Shown: in pieces, positions 35,361-46,073 of the stretch
How the letters are laid out: each line of letters begins with the position of its first letter
How positions within the stretch are numbered: position 1 is the stretch's first letter
From: Candidatus Marinacidobacterales bacterium
GTDB lineage: Bacteria > Acidobacteriota > Vicinamibacteria > Marinacidobacterales > DATDRI01
NCBI GenBank assembly: GCA_965219415.1
Contig: CBDCNP010000002.1
Span: 4,800,001-4,864,000 of the forward strand
DNA length: 64,000 nt
Direction of reading: 5' to 3'
The notes under the pieces: model-generated
Told to the model about the DNA's origin: nothing
Seen by the model: only the letters and a program-made list of their open reading frames with translations
Database searches by the model: none
Position numbers and translations under genes: made by a program

Positions 35361-36792
35361 CCCGTCCTGTGCCAAAACTCGGCCCTTTTGAAATAGGCCA
35401 TAAATCAGCAGCTTAGTGTCTGTGTTTGCGACTGGGCCAAGGCCGTAGGCTTTACAATCGTCTGGCCCGAGGGTGTTATCTTCAGCTCCATGATGACCTA
35501 CCACGTGCAATTCCTACTGCTCGTTGTGGCTGGCTGGGTCAACCGCCAGCAGCAGGATGTGATCGACTACCTGCAAGAGGAGAACCGTGTGCTCCGAGCC
35601 GGGCTTCGGGGCAAGCGTCTCAAGCTCTCGGACGACGACCGGCGCAGGCTCGCGGTCAAGGCCCAGGCTTTGGGCCGCGAGGCGCTGGCCCAGATTGCGT
35701 CCGTTGCCACACCCGCTACGCTTCTGCGCTGGTACCGCTACCTCATCGCAGCTAAGTACGATGGCAGCAAGAACCGGAGCCCAGGCCGACCTCCGACGGC
35801 GAAGGATATCCGTGAGCTCATTGTACGCGTGGCGCGAGAGAACCCGACGTGGGGATATACGCGCCTGCGGGGCGCACTCAAGAACCTCGGACATGAACTT
35901 GGACGCAACACCATCAAGAGGCTCCTCGCCGAGCACGGTATCGCTCCTGCGCCGGAGCGGGGCAAGAGCATGTCGTGGAGCACCTTCCTCAAGGCTCATT
36001 GGGGCGCTATCGCTGCGACAGACCTGTTCACCGTCGAGGTGGTGAACCCGTTCGGGCTCGTCCGCTACCATGTCCTGTTTGTCATCGATATCGCCACTCG
36101 CTGCGTGTGCATCGGTGGGATAAGCTCGGACCCAAACGGGGAGTGGATGAAGCAGGTGGCAAGAAACCTCACGGACATGTGGGATGGTTTCCTCCTTGGC
36201 AAACGGTACCTCATCCACGACCGGGACCCGCTATTTACTGAGGCAGTACGTGGGCTGTTGAGAGATTCAGGCGTGAAGCCCCTCCGCCTTCCCGCCAATA
36301 GTCCGAATCTGAACGCATACGCGGAAAGATTCGTTCTCTCCATACGTCGAGAGTGTCTCGACCGCTTCGTACCTCTCAATGAGCGACACCTGCGGACAGC
36401 GATAACCGAATACGTAGTGCACTATCACACCGAACGGAACCACCAAGGTCTCGGCAACGAGCTCATCACACCTCTGCCGGCAAGCGCGAATGACGCTGGT
36501 CCCATCGTGTCGCGAGAGCGACTTGGAGGCATTCTCAACTACTACTGCCGTGCCGCGTAGATGGTTTGCTGGCGACGGTAGCCCCTCGGTGCGCTCTACC
36601 GGCGTAGCGTGGAAACAGCTTCAGGAACATGCTTCGATATTCGCTCTCGACTAGGTGGTCATCTGCATGGTGACGACCCGCCCGCCCAAGACGATTGTAA
36701 AGCTCACGGCCCTTGGCCCGGTCGCAAACACAGACACTAAGTTGCTGATTTATGGCCTATTTCAAAAGGGCCGAGTTTTGGCACAGGACGGG
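35361..36792 (+). mobile_element. Complete rve/DDE element with about 100-bp terminal inverted repeats
   Basis: CCCGTCCTGTGCCAAAACTCGGCCC...TTTACAATCGTCT is mirrored at 36690-36792. Confidence 0.88.
35490..36560 (+). CDS. Integrase-core (rve) DDE transposase
   Basis: [31 protein letters not shown] and [19 protein letters not shown] motifs. Confidence 0.92.
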   Translation: MMTYHVQFLLLVVAGWVNRQQQDVIDYLQEENRVLRAGLRGKRLKLSDDDRRRLAVKAQALGREALAQIASVATPATLLRWYRYLIAAKYDGSKNRSPGRPPTAKDIRELIVRVARENPTWGYTRLRGALKNLGHELGRNTIKRLLAEHGIAPAPERGKSMSWSTFLKAHWGAIAATDLFTVEVVNPFGLVRYHVLFVIDIATRCVCIGGISSDPNGEWMKQVARNLTDMWDGFLLGKRYLIHDRDPLFTEAVRGLLRDSGVKPLRLPANSPNLNAYAERFVLSIRRECLDRFVPLNERHLRTAITEYVVHYHTERNHQGLGNELITPLPASANDAGPIVSRERLGGILNYYCRAA

Positions 36793-37640
36793 GGGGCGCC
36801 ACGCATCCATGCTGAGCTCACCAAGCTCGGTTTCATCATCTCCGAGATTACGGTGTCGCGATACCTGCCGCGGCATCCCGCGGAGCCCGACCAGCTGAAG
36901 CGATGGATGGCTTTCTTGCGCAACCATAAAGACGATATCGGCGCCATGGATCTGTTCACCGTGCCCACCGCGTCGCTCCGGCTGCTGTACGGCTTCTTCG
37001 TCATCGAGCACGGCCGTCGGCACATCGTTCACTTCAACGCCACCTTCCACCCGACACCTGTTCGCGTGCTAGAGTTTTAGCCTGATTTCGATAGGCGCAG
37101 TTCTTTCGTCGATGCCGGCTGGGCCGAGTTTTGGCACAGGACGGGAGAATCTCAACCGCGAATTTCGACGCCGGACGAAAACCCAAGCGTCGTTCTCCAG
37201 CGAGGAGTCTGCGGTCGCTTTGCTGTTTGGGCTTATCGCCTCTGGCGTCTGAGCGAGGTTCTCGAACACGCGGAGGTTGCCGCCTGATATGATACTCTGG
37301 TGTGCGGTCTTCCGGTTCAGGCGCCGAGGACCTTCTGGCCCTGCGTGCCTGATCTCACCCTCCCAGGATGGAACCCTTGCATTAGTATGATGGAGTCCAT
37401 ATAGCAGGGATACACCGCCCTCCGGCCTTACGTCGCGGTAGAAGTCGACGCCGGGAAGAGCAAGTCCATCAGGGAAGGAACCCGTGAGGTCAAAATACTC
37501 ATGCGGCTTCCCGTTGGAAAGGTGCAAACTGCTGACCCGATGGGCGTTCGAATATTTTGACCAGACGCGGTCCGGGCCCTAGAGTCCAGTCCCGGATTAA
37601 TAATGATGATGGACAACCTTGTTTTTTTGGATACGACGGG
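36793..37640. mobile_element. Mosaic of IS fragments (rve internal piece, IS256 3' piece, several element ends)
   Basis: Segments match 62290-62550 (reverse), 63248-63435, 23590-23670, 50089-50140 (reverse) and 61719-61760 (reverse). Confidence 0.7.
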
Positions 37641-37712
37641 TACGCGATCTTCTCTTTTGCATCCCAAGGCCTTGTGGCGAATCCCCCTCCCCACCCGTCT
37701 CACGGTGTTCGT

Positions 37713-40100
37713 CTAAAAGAATCGAAACGAGTAACTCACCTTGACTCCCCTTCCGATCTCGGGAGCCAGATCCTTGATGAACGAAGTGTGGTTCCGATAA
37801 AGCTCGTTTGTGAGGTTGTAGCCCCGGACCGCGAAAATGTGAGCGCTGTGACCCCGGGCCAGCGTATAGGAACCGACCACGTTCACAACCGTGTAACCCT
37901 CGGTAAGTGTTTCGTCTCGAAAGATCTGATCCTGCTTCGAAGCCAAGACCACCTCCGGCTCTATGTTGAGTCCCTCGTAGACCACGCTGAAACCTATGCG
38001 TCCATGGAACGGCGGGATTCGAGGCAAGGGCTCGTTCGTGTCGGTGAGCTCAGCATTGACATAGCCCGCACCCACATCCAGAAACAGATTGCGGTGGACG
38101 CTGAATACACCTTTCGCATCGAAACCCACGAATCGGCTGTCGCCTTGTAGAAAGGGAGCCAGTAGAAGACCATCGACGATCTCGTCCGTATACGCCGGAA
38201 AGACAAAGTTGTCGATGTTGTAGTAGTAGACGTTGAACTCCCCTTGGAGTAGGCGTGACTGGTTCCTCAAGCTAAGATCTACTCCGATGCTCGCCTCTCG
38301 TTCCAAGTCGGCATTGCCCACCTCGAAAGCCAGAGTGCCAACGTGAGGCCCGAAATTGTAGAGTTCTTCGAGCGCTGGCGCGCGGTACGAGCGCGTGAAG
38401 TTGGCCACCAGCGCGGTGTTGGTGGCCACATCTACATGAAGCCCAATCGAGCCGGAAACACCCGTGAACGAGCGCGGCCGGGCTTCGGGAGGCTCGAGGT
38501 CGGTGTGCTCGTTCTCGTCGTCTTCCTCGCCTTCATGCTCTTCCCCTTCGTTCGCGTGACCGAGTCCTCCGCGCTCTTCGGGTTGGTAGTCGTTGTATTC
38601 CAGGCGGCCGCCAAACTGGAGGCGAGCCGCACCGGACAGTCGCAGTTCTTCATAGGCAAACGCCGCGAAGGCGCCATGAGTGGTCGCGGGAGCCAGGGCT
38701 TCCTCACCGACCGAGTTGTAGTCCCGAAACGTTGCCTCCACACCGAATGTCCCGTTGAGCTCTTCCGTGCGACGCTGCTCCACCGCGGCTCGGACCACGA
38801 ACACGTTGTTGTCGAATGTCGTGGCTACGGTGTCGACGCCCGCACTCGTCTCGACCTCGTCGTGGGTATAGTCGGTGTAGTTCATGACCACGCGAAAAGC
38901 GTCGAAGAAACGGTTGTCTAGGTTTCTGAGGCCGGCATCGAGTCGTGCCGACTGGCGTACGGTATCCACATCGACGAAGAGCTCTTCTTCCTCGTGATGG
39001 TCTTCTTCCCCCTCATGGTCTTCTTCCCCCTCATGGTGTTCTTCCCCCTCTGCCTCCTCGTGGCCATGAGCATGAAACTCACCCGCAAAGGGGATGCCGA
39101 AGCGGCCATTCTCGTGCTGATACCCAGCGCTGAAATAGGCTCTTTCCGTGAAGTAACCGACCCCGGCTCGGCCATTCGAGAGTCGAGAAGCCGAGTTCGC
39201 GACGGATCCCTCTGGTGTGTCGTAGTCATCCGTGCGCCGACCACTCGCACCGCCCCAGACGGCCCAATTGCCCTGGCCGAACTGAAACTGACCGTTGGCA
39301 CCTGCTTGGTTGTCGGTGGTCCCTCCGTCAACCGAGACCTGTCCCAAGAATCCCTCCAACTGCGTACGGATGAGGGCCTCGTGCGGTGTGACAGCATTGA
39401 CCACACCACCGATGGCGTTACTTCCGTATAGGAGGGTCGCAGGCCCTTTCACCAACTCCAGACGCCTCAAACCGCTGGGATCGAGTGTCACCCCGTGATC
39501 CGCGGACTGGCTAGAGAGATCGCCGGTTCGGATACCATCCTGCATTACTAATACCCGGTCTCCGTCGAAGCCGCGGATGATCGGTCGTTCCGACCCCGGC
39601 CCGAAGCTCCGCTTCGCGACCCCTGGATCTTTTTCTAACATCGCTCCCACCGAAATAGAGGGGTTCTTCGTGAGTTCCACCCAATCTAGCGAAGTGACGG
39701 TGTTGAAAGCCTCGAGGGTCACCACCTCGCCGGCTAGCTCGGCGGTTACGGTCATCGATTCGTGGATAGGTGATAGCTCCAGAGAAAAATCCACTTCCGC
39801 CGTTGTCCCGGCTGCCACCGATACCCGCTGCCTCTCGGCGGTCAGGTGGTCTCGCTGAGCCAGAATCTCGTAGTCTCCGACCGGTACCCCCTCGAACTCG
39901 AAGCGACCCTCGTGATTGACGGTGGTCGAGCGTCTCAATTCGACGATCAATACAAGTGTTCCGTGAACGGGCTCGCCGATGGCTCCGAGCACCACCGTGC
40001 CGGAGATGGCCCCCGTCTCCTGAGCTGAACTCACGTTCCCGATTATGAGTCCGACCACGACCATATGGAAAACAAACAAACTCCTACCGAACGACCTCAT
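37713..40100 (-). CDS. TonB-dependent receptor, His/Glu-rich (ZnuD-like metal uptake)
   Basis: Signal peptide, carboxypeptidase-regulatory-like N-domain, plug RPIIRGFDGDRV...KGPATLLYGSNAIGGVVN, His-rich loops and C-terminal YSFRFF. Confidence 0.92.
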   Translation of the reverse strand: MRSFGRSLFVFHMVVVGLIIGNVSSAQETGAISGTVVLGAIGEPVHGTLVLIVELRRSTTVNHEGRFEFEGVPVGDYEILAQRDHLTAERQRVSVAAGTTAEVDFSLELSPIHESMTVTAELAGEVVTLEAFNTVTSLDWVELTKNPSISVGAMLEKDPGVAKRSFGPGSERPIIRGFDGDRVLVMQDGIRTGDLSSQSADHGVTLDPSGLRRLELVKGPATLLYGSNAIGGVVNAVTPHEALIRTQLEGFLGQVSVDGGTTDNQAGANGQFQFGQGNWAVWGGASGRRTDDYDTPEGSVANSASRLSNGRAGVGYFTERAYFSAGYQHENGRFGIPFAGEFHAHGHEEAEGEEHHEGEEDHEGEEDHHEEEELFVDVDTVRQSARLDAGLRNLDNRFFDAFRVVMNYTDYTHDEVETSAGVDTVATTFDNNVFVVRAAVEQRRTEELNGTFGVEATFRDYNSVGEEALAPATTHGAFAAFAYEELRLSGAARLQFGGRLEYNDYQPEERGGLGHANEGEEHEGEEDDENEHTDLEPPEARPRSFTGVSGSIGLHVDVATNTALVANFTRSYRAPALEELYNFGPHVGTLAFEVGNADLEREASIGVDLSLRNQSRLLQGEFNVYYYNIDNFVFPAYTDEIVDGLLLAPFLQGDSRFVGFDAKGVFSVHRNLFLDVGAGYVNAELTDTNEPLPRIPPFHGRIGFSVVYEGLNIEPEVVLASKQDQIFRDETLTEGYTVVNVVGSYTLARGHSAHIFAVRGYNLTNELYRNHTSFIKDLAPEIGRGVKVSYSFRFF

Positions 40101-40161
40101 GGCAATCTCCCCCCTAGATAGACGACGACTGAGAAAAAGCGATAACAGGCTGGGTGGGGAG

Positions 40162-40443
40162 TTAGGCGGGTGGAGCTCGGGGCGCGCTCAGAGAGCTGGC
40201 TGGCGATAGCTCTCGATACTCAGACGCCTGAGGTGCCGAGCTGGCGCGCTGCGTCGGCGGTTCTGCCGTGACCGGCGCTGCAGTCAAAAGTGTCGGCTGA
40301 CTGGCTACCTTGCAGGGTGTACATCCTTGACCGTCACTGTGCCACGGTCCTGGGAGGAGACCAGCCGTCAGAACGACCGCGGTCCCCAGCGCAACAAGGA
40401 GGACCAGCCAGCCGTAGATAGGCTGACGCATCCTTTTAGACAT
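40162..40443 (-). CDS. DUF2946-like leader protein (TM helix, CxxC, C-terminal RAPP)
   Basis: MSKRMRQPIYGWLVLLVALG...HSDGQGCTPCK...SAPRAPPA-stop, 61 bp upstream of the receptor. Confidence 0.78.
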   Translation of the reverse strand: MSKRMRQPIYGWLVLLVALGTAVVLTAGLLPGPWHSDGQGCTPCKVASQPTLLTAAPVTAEPPTQRASSAPQASEYRELSPASSLSAPRAPPA

Positions 40444-41387
40444 CACTTGTCCCCTTGCAGTCCAGACTACCATAGTATCTGGGCGAATCACAAGGGGAAG
40501 GGGCGAGCGTGTACGCTCCCGACATGAAGGAATGTTGGTCACGCGCGCCTGCGGACCCATCAGGGTGCTTCCGCTACGGCGAAAGTCGTCGCACTGCCGC
40601 GAGTCGGTGGACTGCACCATCGATACGAGTGGCGAGAGACAGCCTGAGTCAGCTTGGTCGCTCGCGTTACTCGGCTGGTCGCCGAGAAGTTCGTCCTCAG
40701 CCGTGAGGTCAAAATACTCATGCGGCTTCCCGATGGTAGAAACGTAGCAGCTCGCCAAGCCGTCACGGGAGCGCACCTTGTGCTCGGACTTGAGGTAACT
40801 GTTCGCTGGCTGGGAACAGCAGTAGATTCTCCTTGCCTTGATGATTCCCGACGTGTCCAAAAACACAAACGAACTCCAGACTCACGCGCCGGGCCGTTTC
40901 GTATTAGACGTGTCTACGCTTGGTTCGCCAATGGAAGCTAGAATCCTCGGTGATGAGCACGCCGATCCATCCCTTGACATTGTTGGTCGTCGCCATCGCT
41001 ACATCCGTAGGAATCTGGACCGTGTCTCAGTTCCAGTGTGGCCGTCTGCTCTTTAGGGCAGCGATACCGTTCTGGTTTGTCAACTTCGTGTAAGGCCATT
41101 ACAATAGCGCCGTTTGAGTATCGCTCGGAAGCTCAACCCGTCTGGTCAAAATATTCGAACGCCAACGCCCAGCGGGTCAGCAGTTTGCACCTTTCCAAAG
41201 AGGCTGCTTGAATCCTGTGCTCCGCAAAAAAGAAAACCGGCCAGAAGCCGCCGACCATGGTAGGTTTAAAACGCGCAATCAACACTGGATAGACTTTTTG
41301 CGGAGCACAACTACGGCTTCCCTTGAATGAAGGATTCCCGATTCCCGGAAGGTTGGGGTCAAGCCAACGTGTCGGCGGGAATCGGGG

Positions 41388-41743
41388 CTAAAAGAGTTCA
41401 GTCCGGGCGCTCTCTGCCTCGCCGGCGTCGATCTCGGCCGCGTCAGTTCCTGCGATCTGATCCGCCAGCACCTGCCCATAGGTCGGGAAGCAAGAGCGTT
41501 CAACTTGCGCCTCCTGATTCCAGAGCCGGGCTCGAATCAAGGCCTTGGCGCAGTGGAGGAACGCCTCTTCCACCGTCACTTTGAGGACGGAGATGGGCAA
41601 CGTGCCCTGGATGGCTAGAGGCTTCAGCAGTTCCGGATCAGTGGAAATCTCCGCCTGCCCATTGATCCGAAGCGTTTCGGTCAAGCCCGGCACGAAGAAC
41701 ACCAAGCCCACGTAGGGACGTTCCACCAGGTTCATCAACGTGT
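41388..41743 (-). pseudogene. C-terminal fragment of a pyridoxamine 5'-phosphate oxidase-like FMN-binding protein
   Basis: VGLVFFVPGLTETLRINGQA...FLHCAKALIRARLW; 5' part removed at the MITE end. Confidence 0.75.
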
Positions 41744-41750
41744 CCCGTCC

Positions 41751-41892
41751 TGTGCCAAAACTCGGCCCTTTTGAAATAGACTACAAATCAGCAGCTTAGA
41801 CGTCCTTGGAATCCGCGCAGAATCCAGGGTATTTCGCGCCGCAGGGCTGGCTTCCGACCCATGGGCTGGCGGATGAATAAATAGAAGGCACA
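41751..41892. mobile_element. 142-bp TGTGCC...GGCACA MITE, copy 1
   Basis: Copies at 43659-43800, 46676-46818, 58932-59073 and a partial copy at 52337-52446. Confidence 0.85.
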
Positions 41893-42065
41893 GGCTGGAA
41901 ACGGACTTACGGTGCGGCTAGTGAGGCACTCCCATAGGAAACGGGGAGAGACAGATAGGCCGTGCCTACGGAGCACTGCGCCAGCCCTCGACCCTACCGC
42001 CCAGAAACTCGCGGTGTTCCCCGTTTGTGGTACATTGTCAGAAAACAGGACAGGGAGGTGTCCAA

Positions 42066-42323
42066 ATGGCCAAGACCGAAATGATCCGTGCCCGTGTTGA
42101 GCCGGAGTTGAAGAGCCAAGCCGAAGAAGTCTTCTCAGGTCTCGGTTTGTCGCCAACCGAGGCTATCACGCTGTTTTATCGACAGGTGACGCTGCATCAC
42201 GGTTTGCCGTTCGCGGTAAAAGTTCCCAATGCCGAGACCATCGCGGCGCTGAGACAGGCCCGCGCAGGAGAGGGACTCACAGAATACGCCGACCTAGAGG
42301 ATCTCAAAGCTCGTCACGGTTGA
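42066..42323 (+). CDS. dinJ: RelB/DinJ-family antitoxin
   Basis: MAKTEMIRARVEPELKSQAEEVF...GLPFAVKVPNAET; GGAGGT RBS. Confidence 0.9.
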   Translation: MAKTEMIRARVEPELKSQAEEVFSGLGLSPTEAITLFYRQVTLHHGLPFAVKVPNAETIAALRQARAGEGLTEYADLEDLKARHG

Positions 42324-42326
42324 TCC

Positions 42327-42593
42327 ATGCGCCTGCTCACCACGAAGCGATTCGAGAAGGATCTCAAGCGTAGCAGGAAGCGCGGCAAGAATATCGACAA
42401 GCTCTGGAGTGTCGTGGAACGGCTCCTGTCGAATCAGCCTCTCGACACACGACATCGGCAGCATCGGTTAGCTGGGGACTGGTCTTCTTGCTGGGAATGT
42501 CACATCGAACCGGACTGGCTGCTGGTCTGGGACCAACAGGATGACGCTCTCATCCTGGTGCGGACTGGAACCCATACCGATTTGTTCGGTTGA
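42327..42593 (+). CDS. yafQ: YafQ-family toxin
   Basis: FEKDLKR...HRLAGDW...ECHIEPDWLL...RTGTHTDLF. Confidence 0.93.
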   Translation: MRLLTTKRFEKDLKRSRKRGKNIDKLWSVVERLLSNQPLDTRHRQHRLAGDWSSCWECHIEPDWLLVWDQQDDALILVRTGTHTDLFG

Positions 42594-42762
42594 TTAGTCC
42601 GTCGCGTATCTGCCCTCTGAGCTAAGTCCATAAACAAGACGCCGCCCGCGTCCGGGAAGAAATCAGGATTCTGTTACCAGCCTATTGCGGCAGGTGTGAA
42701 TGCACCCGGATCGATAAGCTAGCTTCCAGGCTGCGCAGCCCGAGAATCAAGGAGAATACGAG

Positions 42763-43651
42763 ATGTGGTGGATTGACATTCTGCTGGTTGTCTTGACATG
42801 TGCTTTTGCTTGCGTAGCGATTTACAGGGGGATCAAGCTCCACGGGAAAGGTATTACGTCCTTCCTTGTCGCCTCCATCGTTCTGGGAGCCCTACTAGCT
42901 GTTCCTGTCGAAACCATTGAATTCCTAGGAACGAAGATCTCAATACGAGGACCTCGCCTGCGCGATGTCTCGATCGAGATCGAGTCGCTCTCGAGCCAAG
43001 TGCGAGCGGATGAACTTTCAGTGTTCCTCGTGCCAGCCCGGAACCGCGGCACTGTCAGCGATAGTGGGCAAGCAGCGAGGGTTGATTTCAAGGAGATTCC
43101 GGAAGATATCTATCACGTTCTCGTCGCGGATGGGGCTGGACATCACTCTCTGCTTGAAGACAGGTCGGTAGCGGGAGCGACCTCTGAGCTGAAACCGGTC
43201 CCGAGATTCCCCCGCGGAGGCTTCGGTAAGCGGCGTTGTGAGGCAACTGGGGGGAATGGATCGGTCGGGGACCCTAGTCGTGGTTAACGACGAGTTGGCA
43301 TGGGTTGACGAGAACGGCCGCTTCGACGTCTTCGGGTTGGAGCTTGGCAATTCATACAGCCTGAATGTTTTCGGCAACAGTATCGCGAACCGTAGCGGGA
43401 AGCTGTCTGACTACGAGGAGAAACTAGCTACAGTGATCTATGCGCCGGATCCTGTTCCGATCGCCCGGATATGCGAGGAGATGGAGATTCGGAGCCGGGA
43501 GGGCGATCGGGACGAATGGTCCTGCCGTGAACGGGACTACAACCGATACCCAGCGGATGTGGGCAAGCTATGGTTTTACACGAGGATTCAAGCTGTCCCG
43601 CCGACCGAGGTCGTGCATCGCTGGCGCTACGGAAACGAGGCGGTCGATGTA
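42763..43651 (+). pseudogene. Membrane protein with DUF2914-like C-terminus, frameshifted and truncated
   Basis: Two N-terminal TM helices; second frame ends LWFYTRIQAVPPTEVVHRWRY and is cut by a MITE. Confidence 0.55.
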
Positions 43652-44028
43652 CCCGTCCTGTGCCAAAACTCGGCCCTTTTGAAATAGACCACAAATCAGC
43701 AGCTTAGACGTCCTTGGAATCCGCGCAGAATCCAGGGTATTTCGCGCCGCAGGGCTGATTTCCGACCCATGGGCTGGCGGATGAATAAATAGAAGGCACA
43801 CCCTTGGTGGGCCCGCTCGGCGTAGCGTGAAAACAGCTTCAGGCACACGCTTCGATATTCGCTCTCGACTAGGAGGTCATCTGCATGGTGACGACCCGCC
43901 CGCCCAAGACGATTGTAAAGCCCACGGCCCTTGGCCCGGTCGCAAACACAGACACTAAGTTGCTGATTTATGGCCTATTTCAAAAGGGCCGAGTTTTGGC
44001 ACAGGACGGCATCGGCAGCCGTAATACG
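43652..44028. mobile_element. 142-bp MITE fused to the right arm of the long-TIR element
   Basis: Outward ends CCCGTCCTGTGCC and GGCACAGGACGG. Confidence 0.78.
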
Positions 44029-44970
44029 ATCGCCATTCGCGGCGAGAGCCATCCCCTTATGGTGGGTCAGTTCAGATGGGATTTGACCGGCCCGAGCTAT
44101 CTGCTTCCCCTCAGGCGTAAAAATATTCAGAATGGCTTTGTGGTGGCCGATGTGTTTACCGAACGCCAGCTGGATATTCATCATATCCGATACTTTATCC
44201 GCAAGGTGCAGACCTACCAGAAAACCTCAAACAGCGGTGCACTTTTTCCGATCCTTATGGCCGAAAGATTTACCGGCGCTGCCCTAACGGAGGGCCACAA
44301 GGTTGGATTGATGCTGACAACACCTAAGAACCTGTTTGGACGGCATGTGGCGGACGCCCTCGCCGACTTGATGAGGACCCTACAAAACGCGGCTGCCATT
44401 GCTGCTGTCGACGGTGATCGCTTGTACAAACTTCTGGACCAGCTCTCTGAGATCGAGGGCCGTGCCGGCAATATGCGGGGCATCTTGTTTGAACTTATCG
44501 CAGCCCATATCGCCAAGCGTGAAATCGGCGGAAGCATTGATTTCGGCGTCCTGCATACCCATCGTGAAAGCGGAAAACAAGCCGACTTAGATGTGGTTTG
44601 TGTGACGGATCAAAATGCAGTTCATGTGATCGAGTGTAAGGGCAAGAGCCCAGGCCGAACCGTATCGCTCGAAGAGGTGACAGACTGGCTCGGCAAGCTT
44701 CCCATCGTGCAGGACTACGTGGCGAGCCGGGAGCATTTACGCGAACGCGATCAGACCTACGCCTTCTGGACTACCGGCACGTTTGAGGCGGATGCCCTCG
44801 ACAAGCTGAAGTCTGAACAGGCACACCGCAGGAGGCGGCCGATCGCCTGGAAAGATGGCGCGGCTGTACGCAAGCTCGTGTCGAGTCTCAGACTCAAAAC
44901 CATCGGCGACGCCTTGGACCAACACTTCATAAAACATCCCTTAGCGAAGGCGACTGCATCTAAAAGGTGA
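44029..44970 (+). pseudogene. 5'-truncated PD-(D/E)xK nuclease-domain protein
   Basis: RGILFELIAA...ADLDVV...VIECKG; the ORF-track N-terminus comes from TIR sequence. Confidence 0.65.
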
Positions 44971-45216
44971 CGGCGGCCACCACCATCAAGGCGGTCGCGG
45001 GAACCTGGAGTCAAGCCCATTCTTAGTTGAAACTCTCCACGGCTCACGTTTAAGCGACCTCGTCCTGTCCAAAAACACAAACGAACTCAAGACTGGCGAG
45101 CCCGTGAGGTCAAAATACTCATGCGGTTTCCCGATGGTAGAAACTTAGCAACCCGCCAAGCCGTAAGGTGCAAACTGCTGACCCATTGAGCGTTCGAGTA
45201 TTTTGACCAGACGGGC

Positions 45217-45729
45217 ATGCCGCAGCGCAACCTCGCCGTTGAGCTGTTGCAGAAGCTGCTGAAGGGCGAGCTTGCCACCCGCCGTCGGAAAAATGTCGTC
45301 CAGGCGCGCTCCTTTGCCGAGATGCTGGAACAAACGCTCCGCCGTTACCAGAACCGCGCTGTGGAAGCGGCACAGGTGGTCGAGGAACTGATTCAGCTCG
45401 CCCGGGAGCTACGGGAGGCGAACGCCCGCGGCGAAAAGCTCGGGCTCACAGAAGAAGAGCTGGCCTTCTACGACGCGCTTGAAACCAATGACAGTGCAGT
45501 CCAGGTACTGGGTGACGAGACCCTACGCGATATCGCACGAGAGTTGGTGGAGACCGTGCGCGGCAACGTTACCATCGACTGGACCCTGCGCGAGAATGTG
45601 CGGGCCAATCTCCGCCGGCTGGTCAAGCGTATCCTTCGCAGACACGGCTACCCGCCGGACAAACAGGAGAAGGCGACCCGGACGGTACTGGAACAGGCGG
45701 AGGTGTTGTCCGCTGGCTGGGCTGCTTGA
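45217..45729 (+). pseudogene. hsdR: C-terminal (DUF3387-like) fragment of a second HsdR
   Basis: Protein nearly identical to the last 170 aa of 13940-17083; begins at an element terminus. Confidence 0.88.
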
Positions 45730-45754
45730 ATCCTGTGTTCCGCAAAAAGTCTAC

Positions 45755-46073
45755 CCCGTCCTGTGCCAAAACTCGGCCCTTTTGAAATAGGCCATAAATC
45801 AGCAGCTTAGTGTCTGTGTTTGCGCCGGGGCCAAGGGCCGTAGGCTTTACAATCGTCTGGCCCGAGGGTGTTATCTTCGGATCCATCATGACGTACCATG
45901 TGCAATTCCTACTGTTGGTCAGGCAGCCGTTGTTCGATCGGGCAGCCCTGCCGCTCACACAGACCTCATGGGTGCTTCCGCCATTAAGTGTTGGTAAAAT
46001 GACACTAAGACTTTACGGTGCATTAAATTACAGACATGGTTTTTCAAAAGGGCCGAGTTTTGGCACAGGACGG
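45755..46073. mobile_element. Non-autonomous unit: long-TIR left arm, IS1-MITE piece and right end
   Basis: CCCGTCCTGTGCC... and ...GGCACAGGACGGG termini; GGTGCTTCCGCCATTAAG at 45971. Confidence 0.7.

Noticed and set aside
43885-44028. Recurring peptide ends such as [26 protein letters not shown] and PSCAKTRPF as a shared protein domain
   Set aside because: They are translations of the repeated element terminus
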